Below are positions 15,617-23,624 of a DNA stretch of 23,846 nucleotides, piece by piece. Both the position numbers and the translations under genes were made by a program. This DNA is from Clostridiales bacterium. GTDB lineage: Bacteria; Bacillota; Clostridia; Christensenellales; Aristaeellaceae. The notes under the pieces were generated by a model that was not told the DNA's origin, did not search any database, and worked only from the letters and a program-made list of their open reading frames with translations. Each line of letters opens with the position of its first letter. The stretch's first letter is position 1. The DNA lies in assembly GCA_004556155.1 (NCBI GenBank), contig SFIM01000033.1:1-23846 (forward strand), in the 5' to 3' direction.

Positions 15617-17403
15617 TTGATCCCATCCGCATTTTCCTTGGCGCGGAAGGAAGGCACCCGCGTGCGGGTACCGCCGTCCACCATGACCGTATCCGTCATG
15701 GAGATACCGGGCATTACCGTCAGCGCCAGCAGTGACAGCTTGAGCAACGAGGGATTCTCCTCCGCCCAGATTGTCTTGAGCTGCTCGGAAAGGGTATCCA
15801 GCTTATCCACCAGCTCCGCGCAAGCCACATCCGCCATCAGCCCAGCCACCGGCAGGCATACCTCGCCAATCACCGCGCCGTTCTTCACAGCCACGATGCC
15901 GCCGCCGGTTTCACGCAGACGGTTGACGGCGGCAGCGCCATCGGCAGGATCCCTATAGGCGACGATGATGTTATGGCAGTCGTGAGAAATCGTGGTCGCC
16001 ATCGCGCCGGCCTTTAAGCCGAAATGCTTATATACGGCAATGCACTTTGTGCCCCGGCCAAAGCGATTGAAAACGGCCACGAAGCAGTAATCCGGCTTGC
16101 CGGACAAATCCACAGCATGGTTCACGATGGGCAGGGTTTCCCATTCCGCCGTGAACTCCAGGCGATTTCCGCTGGCGCATTCAATGGCGGCAATTTCCAC
16201 GTTGGCGCTTGGCACCTTCAAAAGGCAGTCCTCCGCGGTGATGGGCTGAAGCTGCACGGTATTTGCAAAGGGAGCCGGGCGCTCCGGCACCGGGGGCAGC
16301 AGGAGGTTCCCATCGGCCACCACCATTTTACCGCCGACAAACACCGTATCGGGATCGCGCCCGTCCAGCGCATCCACCAGCTGCATATCAGCGGCAAAGC
16401 CAGGGGCAATCGCGCCAATATCCTCAAATCCGGTTTCACGGGCGGGATTCCAGGTGCAGCAGCGGATCGCATCCATGGGATCCACCCCCGCATCCAGCAG
16501 CGCCCGCAGCAAAGCGTTTACATGACCGCGCTGCTGCATATCCTTGGCATGCACGTCGTCCGTGCATACGGAAAGGAAATCCAGATACCGCATGCCCTCC
16601 GTGCCCTTGACCATTTTTTGCAGGCCGAACATGGTGGACAGGGAAGAACACTGCATGTTGGCGTGCATGCCGATGCGCATGCATTCCCGCACATCCTCGG
16701 CGCTAAGCACGGTATGCGTATTCATTACCCCGGCAAGGCGGTAGGCGGACATGTTGCGTCCCGTCACATAGGGCGCATGCCCCTGAATCACCACATCCCG
16801 TTTGCGGCCCTCTGCCAGGATATCCCGCATGAAGGGCTGATCGGCAATGACCGCGTTGGAATCCATCACTTCAGCAATGCCGTAGACGCCCGGCGAATCC
16901 AGCAGCTGCGCCATCTGCGGCGCGCGGATCGGGAAGGGCACGGTTTCAAATTCAGCGTCGGCGGGAATGCAGGAAGAAGCCAGATTAAACTGCCGCATGG
17001 GCGAGCGCTTGGCGTCCTCCACCATCCACAGGATTCCCTCCATGCCGCATACGTTGCCAATCTCATGGGGATCGGTCATGGCGCTGGTCGTTCCATGCAG
17101 CACAGCCTCCCGGCCAAAGCGCTCGGGCGTAAGCATGGAGGATTCCACATGCATATGGATTTCCACAAAGCCCGGCAGCAGGTATTTTCCCTGCCCGTCC
17201 ACCGTCGTCTTGCTCTGCGAATCGCATGCCTCGCCCGGCTGCACATGAACAATTACGCCGTCCTTTACATCCACGCTGGCAGGATAGATTTCGCCCGTCA
17301 GCACGTTTACCAGCTTTACATTTTTTACCGTCAGGTCGCAGGGAATCTTCTGGGTAGCGGCGGCGATCAGTGTAGAATAATCTCTGTTATTAATAGCTTT
17401 CAT
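15613..17403 (-). CDS. ade: adenine deaminase (AdeC/Ade family amidohydrolase)
   Basis: The metal-binding region LLPGFVEIHMHVESSMLTP...TDPHEIGNV matches the adenine deaminase signature (DxHxHIESS...DPHEI). Its length is about 596 aa. ATG 17403 is preferred over 17424 because AAAGGGGAG lies 6 nt upstream of it. Confidence 0.9.
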   Translation of the reverse strand: MKAINNRDYSTLIAAATQKIPCDLTVKNVKLVNVLTGEIYPASVDVKDGVIVHVQPGEACDSQSKTTVDGQGKYLLPGFVEIHMHVESSMLTPERFGREAVLHGTTSAMTDPHEIGNVCGMEGILWMVEDAKRSPMRQFNLASSCIPADAEFETVPFPIRAPQMAQLLDSPGVYGIAEVMDSNAVIADQPFMRDILAEGRKRDVVIQGHAPYVTGRNMSAYRLAGVMNTHTVLSAEDVRECMRIGMHANMQCSSLSTMFGLQKMVKGTEGMRYLDFLSVCTDDVHAKDMQQRGHVNALLRALLDAGVDPMDAIRCCTWNPARETGFEDIGAIAPGFAADMQLVDALDGRDPDTVFVGGKMVVADGNLLLPPVPERPAPFANTVQLQPITAEDCLLKVPSANVEIAAIECASGNRLEFTAEWETLPIVNHAVDLSGKPDYCFVAVFNRFGRGTKCIAVYKHFGLKAGAMATTISHDCHNIIVAYRDPADGAAAVNRLRETGGGIVAVKNGAVIGEVCLPVAGLMADVACAELVDKLDTLSEQLKTIWAEENPSLLKLSLLALTVMPGISMTDTVMVDGGTRTRVPSFRAKENADGIN

Positions 17404-17433
17404 AGCAGGCTCCCCTTTCCGCATGGCAAATCA

Positions 17434-17487
17434 TAAAATAAAAAATAGAAAGAATACGGGGAGTCGGCGCGAACCGATCCCCCGTAT
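17434..17487 (-). terminator. intra-operon rho-independent terminator/attenuator between the binding-protein gene and ade
   Basis: On the minus strand, ATACGGGG..TCGG-TTCGCG-CCGA..CCCCGTAT (17487..17454) is followed by TCTTTCTATTTTTTATTTT. Confidence 0.7.
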
Positions 17488-17501
17488 CCATCGTAATCAG
17501 T

Positions 17502-18584
17502 TTATTTTGCAACAACACCCTTGACCAGCAGATCGGTCATGCCGGAGTAAAGGTAATCATCGGTAAAGGTAGCGGCAGGCACCAGGTTGCCGTCCACATC
17601 GTACACATCCTGCTGGAACACATCCCATTCGCCGCTGACCATTTTATCCATGGCAGCCTGTACGGCTTCCTGCGTGCCATCGGCCACATTCTTGCTGAAG
17701 GGCGTGAGGTAGAGGGTGCCGTCGGCCACATCGCCATAGATCAGACCGCCGTGGAATTCGCCGTTCACAATCGTGCTGACCAGCTTGGTGTAAATGGCGC
17801 CCCAGTTCATGCAGGCGGCAAAGAGATGGGCATCGGGGGCGAACTCGGTCATGTCATAGTCGCTGCCCAGGCCCCATACGCCGCGCTCCTGCGCCGCGGT
17901 CTGCGGGCCGGTGGTGTTCACATACTGGCAGATCACATCGCAGCCCAGGTCGATCAGCGCATTGGCAGCGGCGGTTTCTCCATCGGGATCATACCAGCTG
18001 TTGGTGTACTTCACATAAACCGTCACATCGGGATTTACGCTCTGCGCGCCCAGGGCATAGGCGTTCAGAGAAACGTTTACTTCGGCGTTTTTGAACGCGC
18101 CCACAAAGCCGATCTTGCCGCTTTCGCTGCGCATGGCGGCGGCGATGCCCTGCAGATAGCGGGTCTGATAGTTGCGGGCGTTGAAGCGGCAGAAGTTCGT
18201 ATCGTTCTGGAGCAGGCCGCTGTAATGGCAGAACAGCACCTCAGGATGCTGAGCGGCGGCTTCGTACATATAGGTCTGGAAGCCAAAGCTATTGCCGATG
18301 ATCACGTTGCAGCCGTTACTGATCAGCTCGCTGATGGCGTCGGCGCAGGTGCTGTCATCCGCAACGTTTTCCAGGATGGTGATCTGATGGTCTTCAATGC
18401 CCAGATTCTTCTGCATTTCCTGCAAGCCAACCAGATGGCTGTAGTTAAAACCCATATCAGAGGTATCGCCGATCATGATCACGCCGATTTGCAATTCAGA
18501 CGGATCGATCTTTTCATTAGCAAGGCCAACAGCGCACATCAGCGAAAGAGCGAGGCAGAGCATTGCGGCAACCAGTTTTTTCAT
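17502..18584 (-). CDS. BMP-family (PnrA/NupN/Med-like) ABC substrate-binding protein, secreted or lipid-anchored
   Basis: 360-aa ORF with RBS AAGGGAG upstream and signal peptide MKKLVAAMLCLALSLMCAVGLA. The IGVIMIGDTSDMGFNYSH start of the mature domain is typical of BMP-family purine/nucleoside binding proteins. Confidence 0.9.
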   Translation of the reverse strand: MKKLVAAMLCLALSLMCAVGLANEKIDPSELQIGVIMIGDTSDMGFNYSHLVGLQEMQKNLGIEDHQITILENVADDSTCADAISELISNGCNVIIGNSFGFQTYMYEAAAQHPEVLFCHYSGLLQNDTNFCRFNARNYQTRYLQGIAAAMRSESGKIGFVGAFKNAEVNVSLNAYALGAQSVNPDVTVYVKYTNSWYDPDGETAAANALIDLGCDVICQYVNTTGPQTAAQERGVWGLGSDYDMTEFAPDAHLFAACMNWGAIYTKLVSTIVNGEFHGGLIYGDVADGTLYLTPFSKNVADGTQEAVQAAMDKMVSGEWDVFQQDVYDVDGNLVPAATFTDDYLYSGMTDLLVKGVVAK

Positions 18585-18602
18585 GTTCGGTTCTCCCTTG
18601 AT

Positions 18603-18690
18603 TAATGTTCGTATTTTTGCCGAACTGCATTCGGCATGTTCCTAATTATACACATATAACGGGAAATGTCAATATAAATTACGAACATTA
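18603..18690. promoter_or_regulatory. pair of 11-bp inverted repeats with a CGAAC core (PurBox-like operator candidates) flanking the promoter
   Basis: TAATGTTCGTA (18603..18613) is the exact reverse complement of TACGAACATTA (18680..18690). There is a one-mismatch third copy, AATATTCGT, at 18708..18716, and a CCGAAC core at 18620..18625 inside a small hairpin (18619..18635). Confidence 0.45.
18645..18672 (-). promoter_or_regulatory. candidate promoter of the BMP/ade/ABC operon
   Basis: The minus strand reads TTGACA (18672..18667), a 16-nt spacer, then TATAAT (18650..18645). It lies between the upstream terminator (18825..18861) and the ATG at 18584. Confidence 0.5.
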
Positions 18691-18824
18691 TTTTTGCAAG
18701 TATAAATAATATTCGTTTTATGAAAATGTCAAATTGATATAGTTTTAAGTGCGGATGGTGACAAAGTGTTGTTGCCTTAGGCAAGCTTGAGAAGGCAATT
18801 GCAGCTGTTTCTCCAACGGATCTC

Positions 18825-18861
18825 AAAAAAAGCATGCCCTCTGTTGATCAACAGGGGGCAT
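18825..18861 (-). terminator. rho-independent terminator after the GDPD gene
   Basis: On the minus strand, ATGCCCCCTGTTG-AT-CAACAGAGGGCAT (13-bp arms, one mismatch) is followed by GCTTTTTTT (plus-strand A-run 18825..18831). Confidence 0.75.
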
Positions 18862-18951
18862 ACGCTGCTGATTTGCCGCGCGATCGAACGGGGCGGCTAT
18901 GTTGTTAACGCAGCCTAAACCCAGGCAAATTGACTATGAAGATTCCGGCGC

Positions 18952-19830
18952 TTAGCGGGAGAGCCCGGCTGCGACAGGCTGGTAATTGTTGGTCAGCACG
19001 CAGTCGATGCCTATGTCAAAGTAAGCGCGCGCTTCCTCTGGCGTGTCCGCCCAGAATAGATTACAGATTAGCCCATTTGCCCGCGCCTTGTCGATCATAG
19101 CCTGCGTGGTCAATCCTTTGCAGAACTGCACGCGCTGACAGCCGTACTCGAGCGCATGTTCCACGATGGAGAAGTTCATATGGCCTTCTAAACAGCACCT
19201 GGGCAGATCGGGCGCAACGGCACGCGCGGTGGTTAATACGTCAGCTTCGCCCGTGATATACGCGTAATCCATGCAGTCAAACCGTTGCAGGGCATCAACA
19301 ATGCGGCGGAAGACGGTTTCGTCATAGGGGACGATGGGGCGATTTTCGATTTCAGGAATCACGTCCTCCACGCCAACGGGCAGCGGAGGCATGATGACAG
19401 CATGCGAGCTGTGGCGTTCTCCCAGTTCTTTTCCCCGGGCTTTCATCTTATCTGTAGTAACGCGTTGCGCTATCGGCGTTTTGATGTGAATATTCAGTAC
19501 CGTCTGTCGCGCAACCAGCGATAACACTTCCTCAAACAGCGGAAGGCGTATCCCTTGATAAGCGGGAGAAAACCAGAAACCGGCGTCCAGCGCCTTGATC
19601 TCGCTGGTGGTCAGATCGCAGATCATGCCGCTGCCGTCGGTGGTTCTATCTACCTTGGGATCATGGCATACAATCAGATGGCCATCCTTGTCCGGCCATA
19701 AATCCAGCTCGATTTCCGGCGCGCCCATGGAAACCGCCAAGGCGAAAGCAGGCAAAGTATTTTCTGGCGCAATTATATTGAAACCACGGTGTGCGCAAAT
19801 CCAAGGATTGGAATTCTGAGTTCGTTTCAA
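18952..19830 (-). CDS. glycerophosphodiester phosphodiesterase (GDPD/UgpQ-like) family protein
   Basis: 292-aa ORF carrying ICAHRGFNIIAPENTLPAFALAVSMGAPEIELDLWPDKDGHLIVCHDPKVDRTTDGSG, which matches the GDPD signature (HRG..PENT...E.D......HD..RTT). It has a TTG start 10 nt after GAGGAG. No signal peptide. Confidence 0.85.
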   Translation of the reverse strand: MKRTQNSNPWICAHRGFNIIAPENTLPAFALAVSMGAPEIELDLWPDKDGHLIVCHDPKVDRTTDGSGMICDLTTSEIKALDAGFWFSPAYQGIRLPLFEEVLSLVARQTVLNIHIKTPIAQRVTTDKMKARGKELGERHSSHAVIMPPLPVGVEDVIPEIENRPIVPYDETVFRRIVDALQRFDCMDYAYITGEADVLTTARAVAPDLPRCCLEGHMNFSIVEHALEYGCQRVQFCKGLTTQAMIDKARANGLICNLFWADTPEEARAYFDIGIDCVLTNNYQPVAAGLSR

Positions 19831-19939
19831 GACGGTACATCTCCTCTAATTGTTTTGCTGCCTTTGAAAGATAAGAACAACATAGCATATGGAAGGCAAA
19901 ATAGCAAGCCGTCAATTGCTGCGCGGAAAATCCTGGCCG

Positions 19940-20710
19940 TTAGTTTTGAGGTACTGCATTCAAATACTGTTCCAGCCCCATCCGGAAGTACTTTTCATCG
20001 CTGCCCACCCAGAATACGTTGGCGCCCATTTCGGCGTACTGTTTTGTGATGGCAGGGGAAGATGCGTAGCAGCCGCAGGATTTTCCCAGCCTATGGCAGA
20101 TGTCAAATACCTGCTGAACCTCGGCTGTCACCTTTGCGTGAGAAGGCTGCTTGGGGTATCCCAGGGAGAAGGAATAATCGTTGGGCCCCACAATGAATGC
20201 GTCAATGAAATCCCCGTATTTATTTACCATTTCAGGAATCAGCTCTTTGCCCTGGATGGACTCAATCTGCACCATCAGGATACGGCTGTGCTGAAAATCC
20301 TCAATGCTTTCGCCTTCCCGGCGCAGCCCCCATCCGCCGTAACCCGTGCGGCCAATGGGCAGAAAATGCATGGCTTCCACGGCGGCAGCAACCTGCTCCA
20401 TTCGCTCCACACGGGGCAGCATGATGCCGTCCGCCCCCAGATCAATGGCCTTGGCAATCAGGTGATACAGGCTATCCTCTACCCGGACGATAGAAGGAAA
20501 TTGCAGATGACGGCACTGCATGGTCATGGGGATCAGTTCTTCCGTGCCATAAATGCCGTGTTCTTTGTCAATCAACACGCAGTCGGAGGCTGTCAGTGCT
20601 CCTATCAGCAGGGGGGAAGCAGTGACCATCAGGTTGGACATGACAATGGGCTGACAATTTGCCAGTTTCATTTTTAACTGTTCATAGTGATTCATAAAGC
20701 CAGTCTCCAT
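19940..20710 (-). CDS. HpcH/HpaI-family class II (metal-dependent) 2-keto-3-deoxy/4-hydroxy-2-oxo acid aldolase
   Basis: 256-aa ORF with VLIDKEHG, VRVED....IAKAIDLGADGIMLPRVE, MVQIES and FIVGPNDYSFSLG, matching the HpcH/HpaI/GarL/YfaU pattern. The start is either ATG 20710 (3 nt after the BNR stop) or ATG 20695. Confidence 0.85.
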   Translation of the reverse strand: METGFMNHYEQLKMKLANCQPIVMSNLMVTASPLLIGALTASDCVLIDKEHGIYGTEELIPMTMQCRHLQFPSIVRVEDSLYHLIAKAIDLGADGIMLPRVERMEQVAAAVEAMHFLPIGRTGYGGWGLRREGESIEDFQHSRILMVQIESIQGKELIPEMVNKYGDFIDAFIVGPNDYSFSLGYPKQPSHAKVTAEVQQVFDICHRLGKSCGCYASSPAITKQYAEMGANVFWVGSDEKYFRMGLEQYLNAVPQN

Positions 20711-20713
20711 ATC

Positions 20714-21682
20714 TCAGCATTCTTCCAGTTCAGCAAAACAGATTTTTTTCCTGCGCCAGGTATAGGTAATGTAGAGATGGTTTTGGTCGGCAATGATGGC
20801 AGGATAGGAGAATTCACCGTCGTTATCTTCTGTAACCAAATCAAGCACCTTGGTGAAAGTGGCGCCGTTATCATCGGAAAGCAAAACGGATAGGGGGGTG
20901 CGCGCTCCCCAATTCAGACCGATAGGGTTGCATACCAGAATCAAGTGACCGTTTTCCATTTGTACGCAGTCCAAACCGGCGTTGTTGTTGGGCAGTTCGG
21001 TGCAGTAGGCATTGCACCAGGAGGAACCGTTATCTTCAGAATCGGAACGATAAATACGCCCACGGTTGGAACGAATAAAAGCGTGAATTTTACCGGGAGC
21101 GGATTCCCAAAGGCTGGGCTGAATCAGGTTGAAATCCTGGGCATGAGGACCGGTCAGCGGAATATCGCACTTCGTCCATGTTTCGCCATTGTCATCGGAT
21201 ACATCAACAAATGGACGCCAGGGGAGCTCCTCGGTAGAGCCGGGCGCAAGGATACGGCCGTTTTGCGTGCGAATGGCTTTGTTTTTTACCGGACCACGTC
21301 CGCCGGAAACATCGCCAGGCACCATTTCGCCCAAATAGGTCCAGGTTTCACCCTCATCCGTGCTTTCCAGCATCATGGTTTTCCATTGAGCGATCGGATA
21401 GCCCAATTTATAATACAGGCGAATGCGTTTATTATCCAGTCGGAACAGGACGGGATTCCAGTGCTGAATTCCCTCTTCGGCGGTCAGACAGCGAGGAGCG
21501 CTCCACTTGCCGTTACGATAGACGCTGCTCCAAATCATCACATCCGGATTCGCCTCCTTGGTGCCGCCGAACCAGGCGGCAACGAAACGATCTTTGCCGG
21601 TTTTCAGAATGGTAGAGGCATGGCACTCGGGAACGGGGATCGGGTCATCAAAAATGAAACCGTTTTGAATAAGCTTGAACAT
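20714..21682 (-). CDS. BNR/Asp-box repeat six-bladed beta-propeller (sialidase-fold, BNR_2-like) protein, no signal peptide
   Basis: 322-aa ORF with RBS GGGAGG 6 nt upstream. It has four Asp-box motifs: STDEGETW, SDDNGETW, SEDNGSSW and SDDNGATF. The N-terminus MFKLIQNGFIFDD is not hydrophobic. Confidence 0.85.
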   Translation of the reverse strand: MFKLIQNGFIFDDPIPVPECHASTILKTGKDRFVAAWFGGTKEANPDVMIWSSVYRNGKWSAPRCLTAEEGIQHWNPVLFRLDNKRIRLYYKLGYPIAQWKTMMLESTDEGETWTYLGEMVPGDVSGGRGPVKNKAIRTQNGRILAPGSTEELPWRPFVDVSDDNGETWTKCDIPLTGPHAQDFNLIQPSLWESAPGKIHAFIRSNRGRIYRSDSEDNGSSWCNAYCTELPNNNAGLDCVQMENGHLILVCNPIGLNWGARTPLSVLLSDDNGATFTKVLDLVTEDNDGEFSYPAIIADQNHLYITYTWRRKKICFAELEEC

Positions 21683-21695
21683 TGTTTTCCTCCCT

Positions 21696-23351
21696 TTATT
21701 TCACCCGGAGATCTTCCATAATCCCGGAATACTGACGGCCAAAGATGCTGTACAGCTGATGATAGTGATTATAAATACGTTCGTATGCTTTGGTATTTTC
21801 GAGATTTGGCTGTATGGTTTTTAAACATCCCGCTTTCATCTGATGAATAGCCTCTGGAAGGGATTCGTATCCTTCGTTATCAGCCCCCAGGGCGGTGGCG
21901 GCGCATATGGCTGCGCCCAGCGCGGTAGCCTGCGGTTCAGCGGATACTTCCAACGGACGGCCCAGGACGTCAGACATAATCTGAAGCAGCAGGTTGTTTT
22001 TATGGGCGATACCGCCGCAGATAACAATTCGTTTGATGGACAGATTGCTGGAGGTAAAATTATCCACGATTTCTCTGTGGCCAAAAGCAATGGCTTCCAG
22101 CATGGAGCGATAGATATCAATGGGGGTTGTCTCCATGGTCAAACCGACTGTAATGCCGGATAGCGCCGCGTTTACCAGGGTGGAGCGGTTTCCATTGAAC
22201 CAGTCTAAAGTAACCAGGCCGCATTCTCCCGGCTTTTGCTTGCTTGCTTCCCGCTCCAAATAGGCATGAAGTGAGAGACCGCTTGATGCAGCAGCCTCTT
22301 TTACCGCACTGGGCACGCTGTTTTTTATAAACCATTCCAGCATATCGCCCACGCAGGCCTGCCCTGCGGAATAGCAGGTATAGCCGCGCAAGAGACCGTC
22401 AGGCAAAGCGCCTGTTACGCCGGATACCTTCTCCTGCCGCCTGGTGATCAGATGACCACAGGAGGACGTACCGATAATAAAGACATAGTCTCCTTCATCC
22501 GCTATGCCGGAGCCATAGGCGGAGGCGTGCGCGTCTGTGTGCGCCATGCCTACTCGGGAAGAAGTGGAAAGCCCAAGTTTATGCGCGGCTTCTTTAGTTA
22601 ATGTGCCCACGCAGTCGCCGGCAAGGTACATTGTCCCGCGAAGCTTATCATGCACGATTTCGGGCACCTGCGGGGCAACGGCGGCCAGGTATTTATCGCA
22701 AGGATAACCATCAGTAGCGCTCCACAGCGCTTTGTAGGCGGCAATAGAACCATTTTGAACATCGGGATTACCAACCATCCATCCCGTGAGCCAATCAGAG
22801 AACTGCATGAAACGATCCGATGCGTTGTAAACTTCCCGGTCTTGATCGAATACTTCCATAACCTTGGGAACGGCCCACTCGGAGGAGATTTTCCCGCCGT
22901 AGTTAGCCAGAAAATCCTGCTTCATTAAAAGAGCCGTTTCAGTCAGTTGTGTGGCGTAGGGCTGGGCTCGGTGATGCTTCCACAATTTGCACCAGGCCTG
23001 AGGCCGACTACGATATTCGTCTAAACAGCACAGGGGAACAAGATCCTTGTTGACGGGCAGAAGTGTGCAGGCAGTCGCAGCGATCGCGATGGCGCCGATT
23101 TGCTCTGGCGCAAGACCGGACTTTGCCACAGCGTTATGAACGACGTGAATCAAGCCCGTCATGTAATCGTTCGGATCTGCCAGCGCCCAGTCCGCGCCGG
23201 GCAAGGGAGTACCATCCGGAAGCGAACGATCTAATACGCCGTGTGGATAGGCAAAGGTGCTTTCAGAAATGGTAGTGCCATCACTGCACCGGACAACAAT
23301 AGCCCGAACAGATTGCGTGCCAAAATCAACGCCAATGGTGAAGTCCGACAT
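21696..23351 (-). CDS. FGGY-family carbohydrate kinase, ribulokinase (AraB)-like clade
   Basis: The ORF is open to 23441, but ATG 23351 follows AAGGAG by 7 nt and gives MSDFTIGVDFGTQSVRAIVV. That start plus ...LPGADWALADPNDY closely resembles the Bacillus AraB N-terminus. The length (551 aa) fits the long ribulokinase clade of FGGY kinases. Confidence 0.88.
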   Translation of the reverse strand: MSDFTIGVDFGTQSVRAIVVRCSDGTTISESTFAYPHGVLDRSLPDGTPLPGADWALADPNDYMTGLIHVVHNAVAKSGLAPEQIGAIAIAATACTLLPVNKDLVPLCCLDEYRSRPQAWCKLWKHHRAQPYATQLTETALLMKQDFLANYGGKISSEWAVPKVMEVFDQDREVYNASDRFMQFSDWLTGWMVGNPDVQNGSIAAYKALWSATDGYPCDKYLAAVAPQVPEIVHDKLRGTMYLAGDCVGTLTKEAAHKLGLSTSSRVGMAHTDAHASAYGSGIADEGDYVFIIGTSSCGHLITRRQEKVSGVTGALPDGLLRGYTCYSAGQACVGDMLEWFIKNSVPSAVKEAAASSGLSLHAYLEREASKQKPGECGLVTLDWFNGNRSTLVNAALSGITVGLTMETTPIDIYRSMLEAIAFGHREIVDNFTSSNLSIKRIVICGGIAHKNNLLLQIMSDVLGRPLEVSAEPQATALGAAICAATALGADNEGYESLPEAIHQMKAGCLKTIQPNLENTKAYERIYNHYHQLYSIFGRQYSGIMEDLRVK

Positions 23352-23391
23352 ATGCCTGCTCCTTCTGAAAAGTGTTGATATTCTTGCAAAT

Positions 23392-23420
23392 ATTATGCAG
23401 TATTTCCCATTGAGAGTCAA
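23392..23420 (-). promoter_or_regulatory. candidate promoter of the FGGY/BNR/aldolase/GDPD cluster
   Basis: The minus strand reads TTGACT (23420..23415), a 17-nt spacer ending in TG, then CATAAT (23397..23392). Confidence 0.55.
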
Positions 23421-23527
23421 CATGAAGGGGAGAAACGACACATGAAAGGAGAAAAATGAAGAGGTTTTACATGTTGCACATGGGCATATTTTGCACGAAT
23501 TGATACATCATAGTGGCGAACTGTTCG

Positions 23528-23555
23528 TTGAAATGCTGCGTTATCAGGGTATAAT
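23528..23555 (+). promoter_or_regulatory. candidate promoter of the divergent sugar ABC transporter genes
   Basis: TTGAAA (23528..23533), 16-nt spacer, TATAAT (23550..23555). It lies about 70 nt upstream of ATG 23625. Confidence 0.5.
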
Positions 23556-23624
23556 TGTTGATATAGTAGAACAAGAGATCGGGATGCTGAATTCTCATCA
23601 ACCTGATTGAAAGGAAAGACGAAC

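Noticed and set aside
18585-18824. Purine (guanine/adenine) riboswitch upstream of the purine-salvage operon
   Set aside because: I expected one from the context and read the minus strand for it. The 5' UTR from the best promoter is only about 50 nt. I found nothing resembling the conserved three-way-junction core of the xpt-type aptamer (as I recall it, UAUAAUCGCGUGGAUAUGGCACGCAAGUUUCUACCGGGCACCGUAAAUGUCCGACUAUG). A cmscan would settle it.
951-21721. Many long antisense or overlapping ORFs. Examples: 951..1697-, 2258..3496-, 3468..4394-, 6300..6980+, 8777..9460-, 12957..13634+, 14327..15601+, 16024..17436+, 17751..18605+, 19889..20677+, 20945..21721+.
   Set aside because: Each lies opposite or out of frame to a CDS with clear family motifs. 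Their translations are Arg/Ala/Gly/His-rich and low-complexity, as expected for shadow ORFs in GC-rich DNA, and they lack RBSs.
23352-23441. 30-codon N-terminal extension of the FGGY kinase ORF
   Set aside because: The extension would overlap the predicted promoter. ATG 23351 has an AAGGAG RBS and yields the canonical kinase N-terminus MSDFTIGVDFGT.
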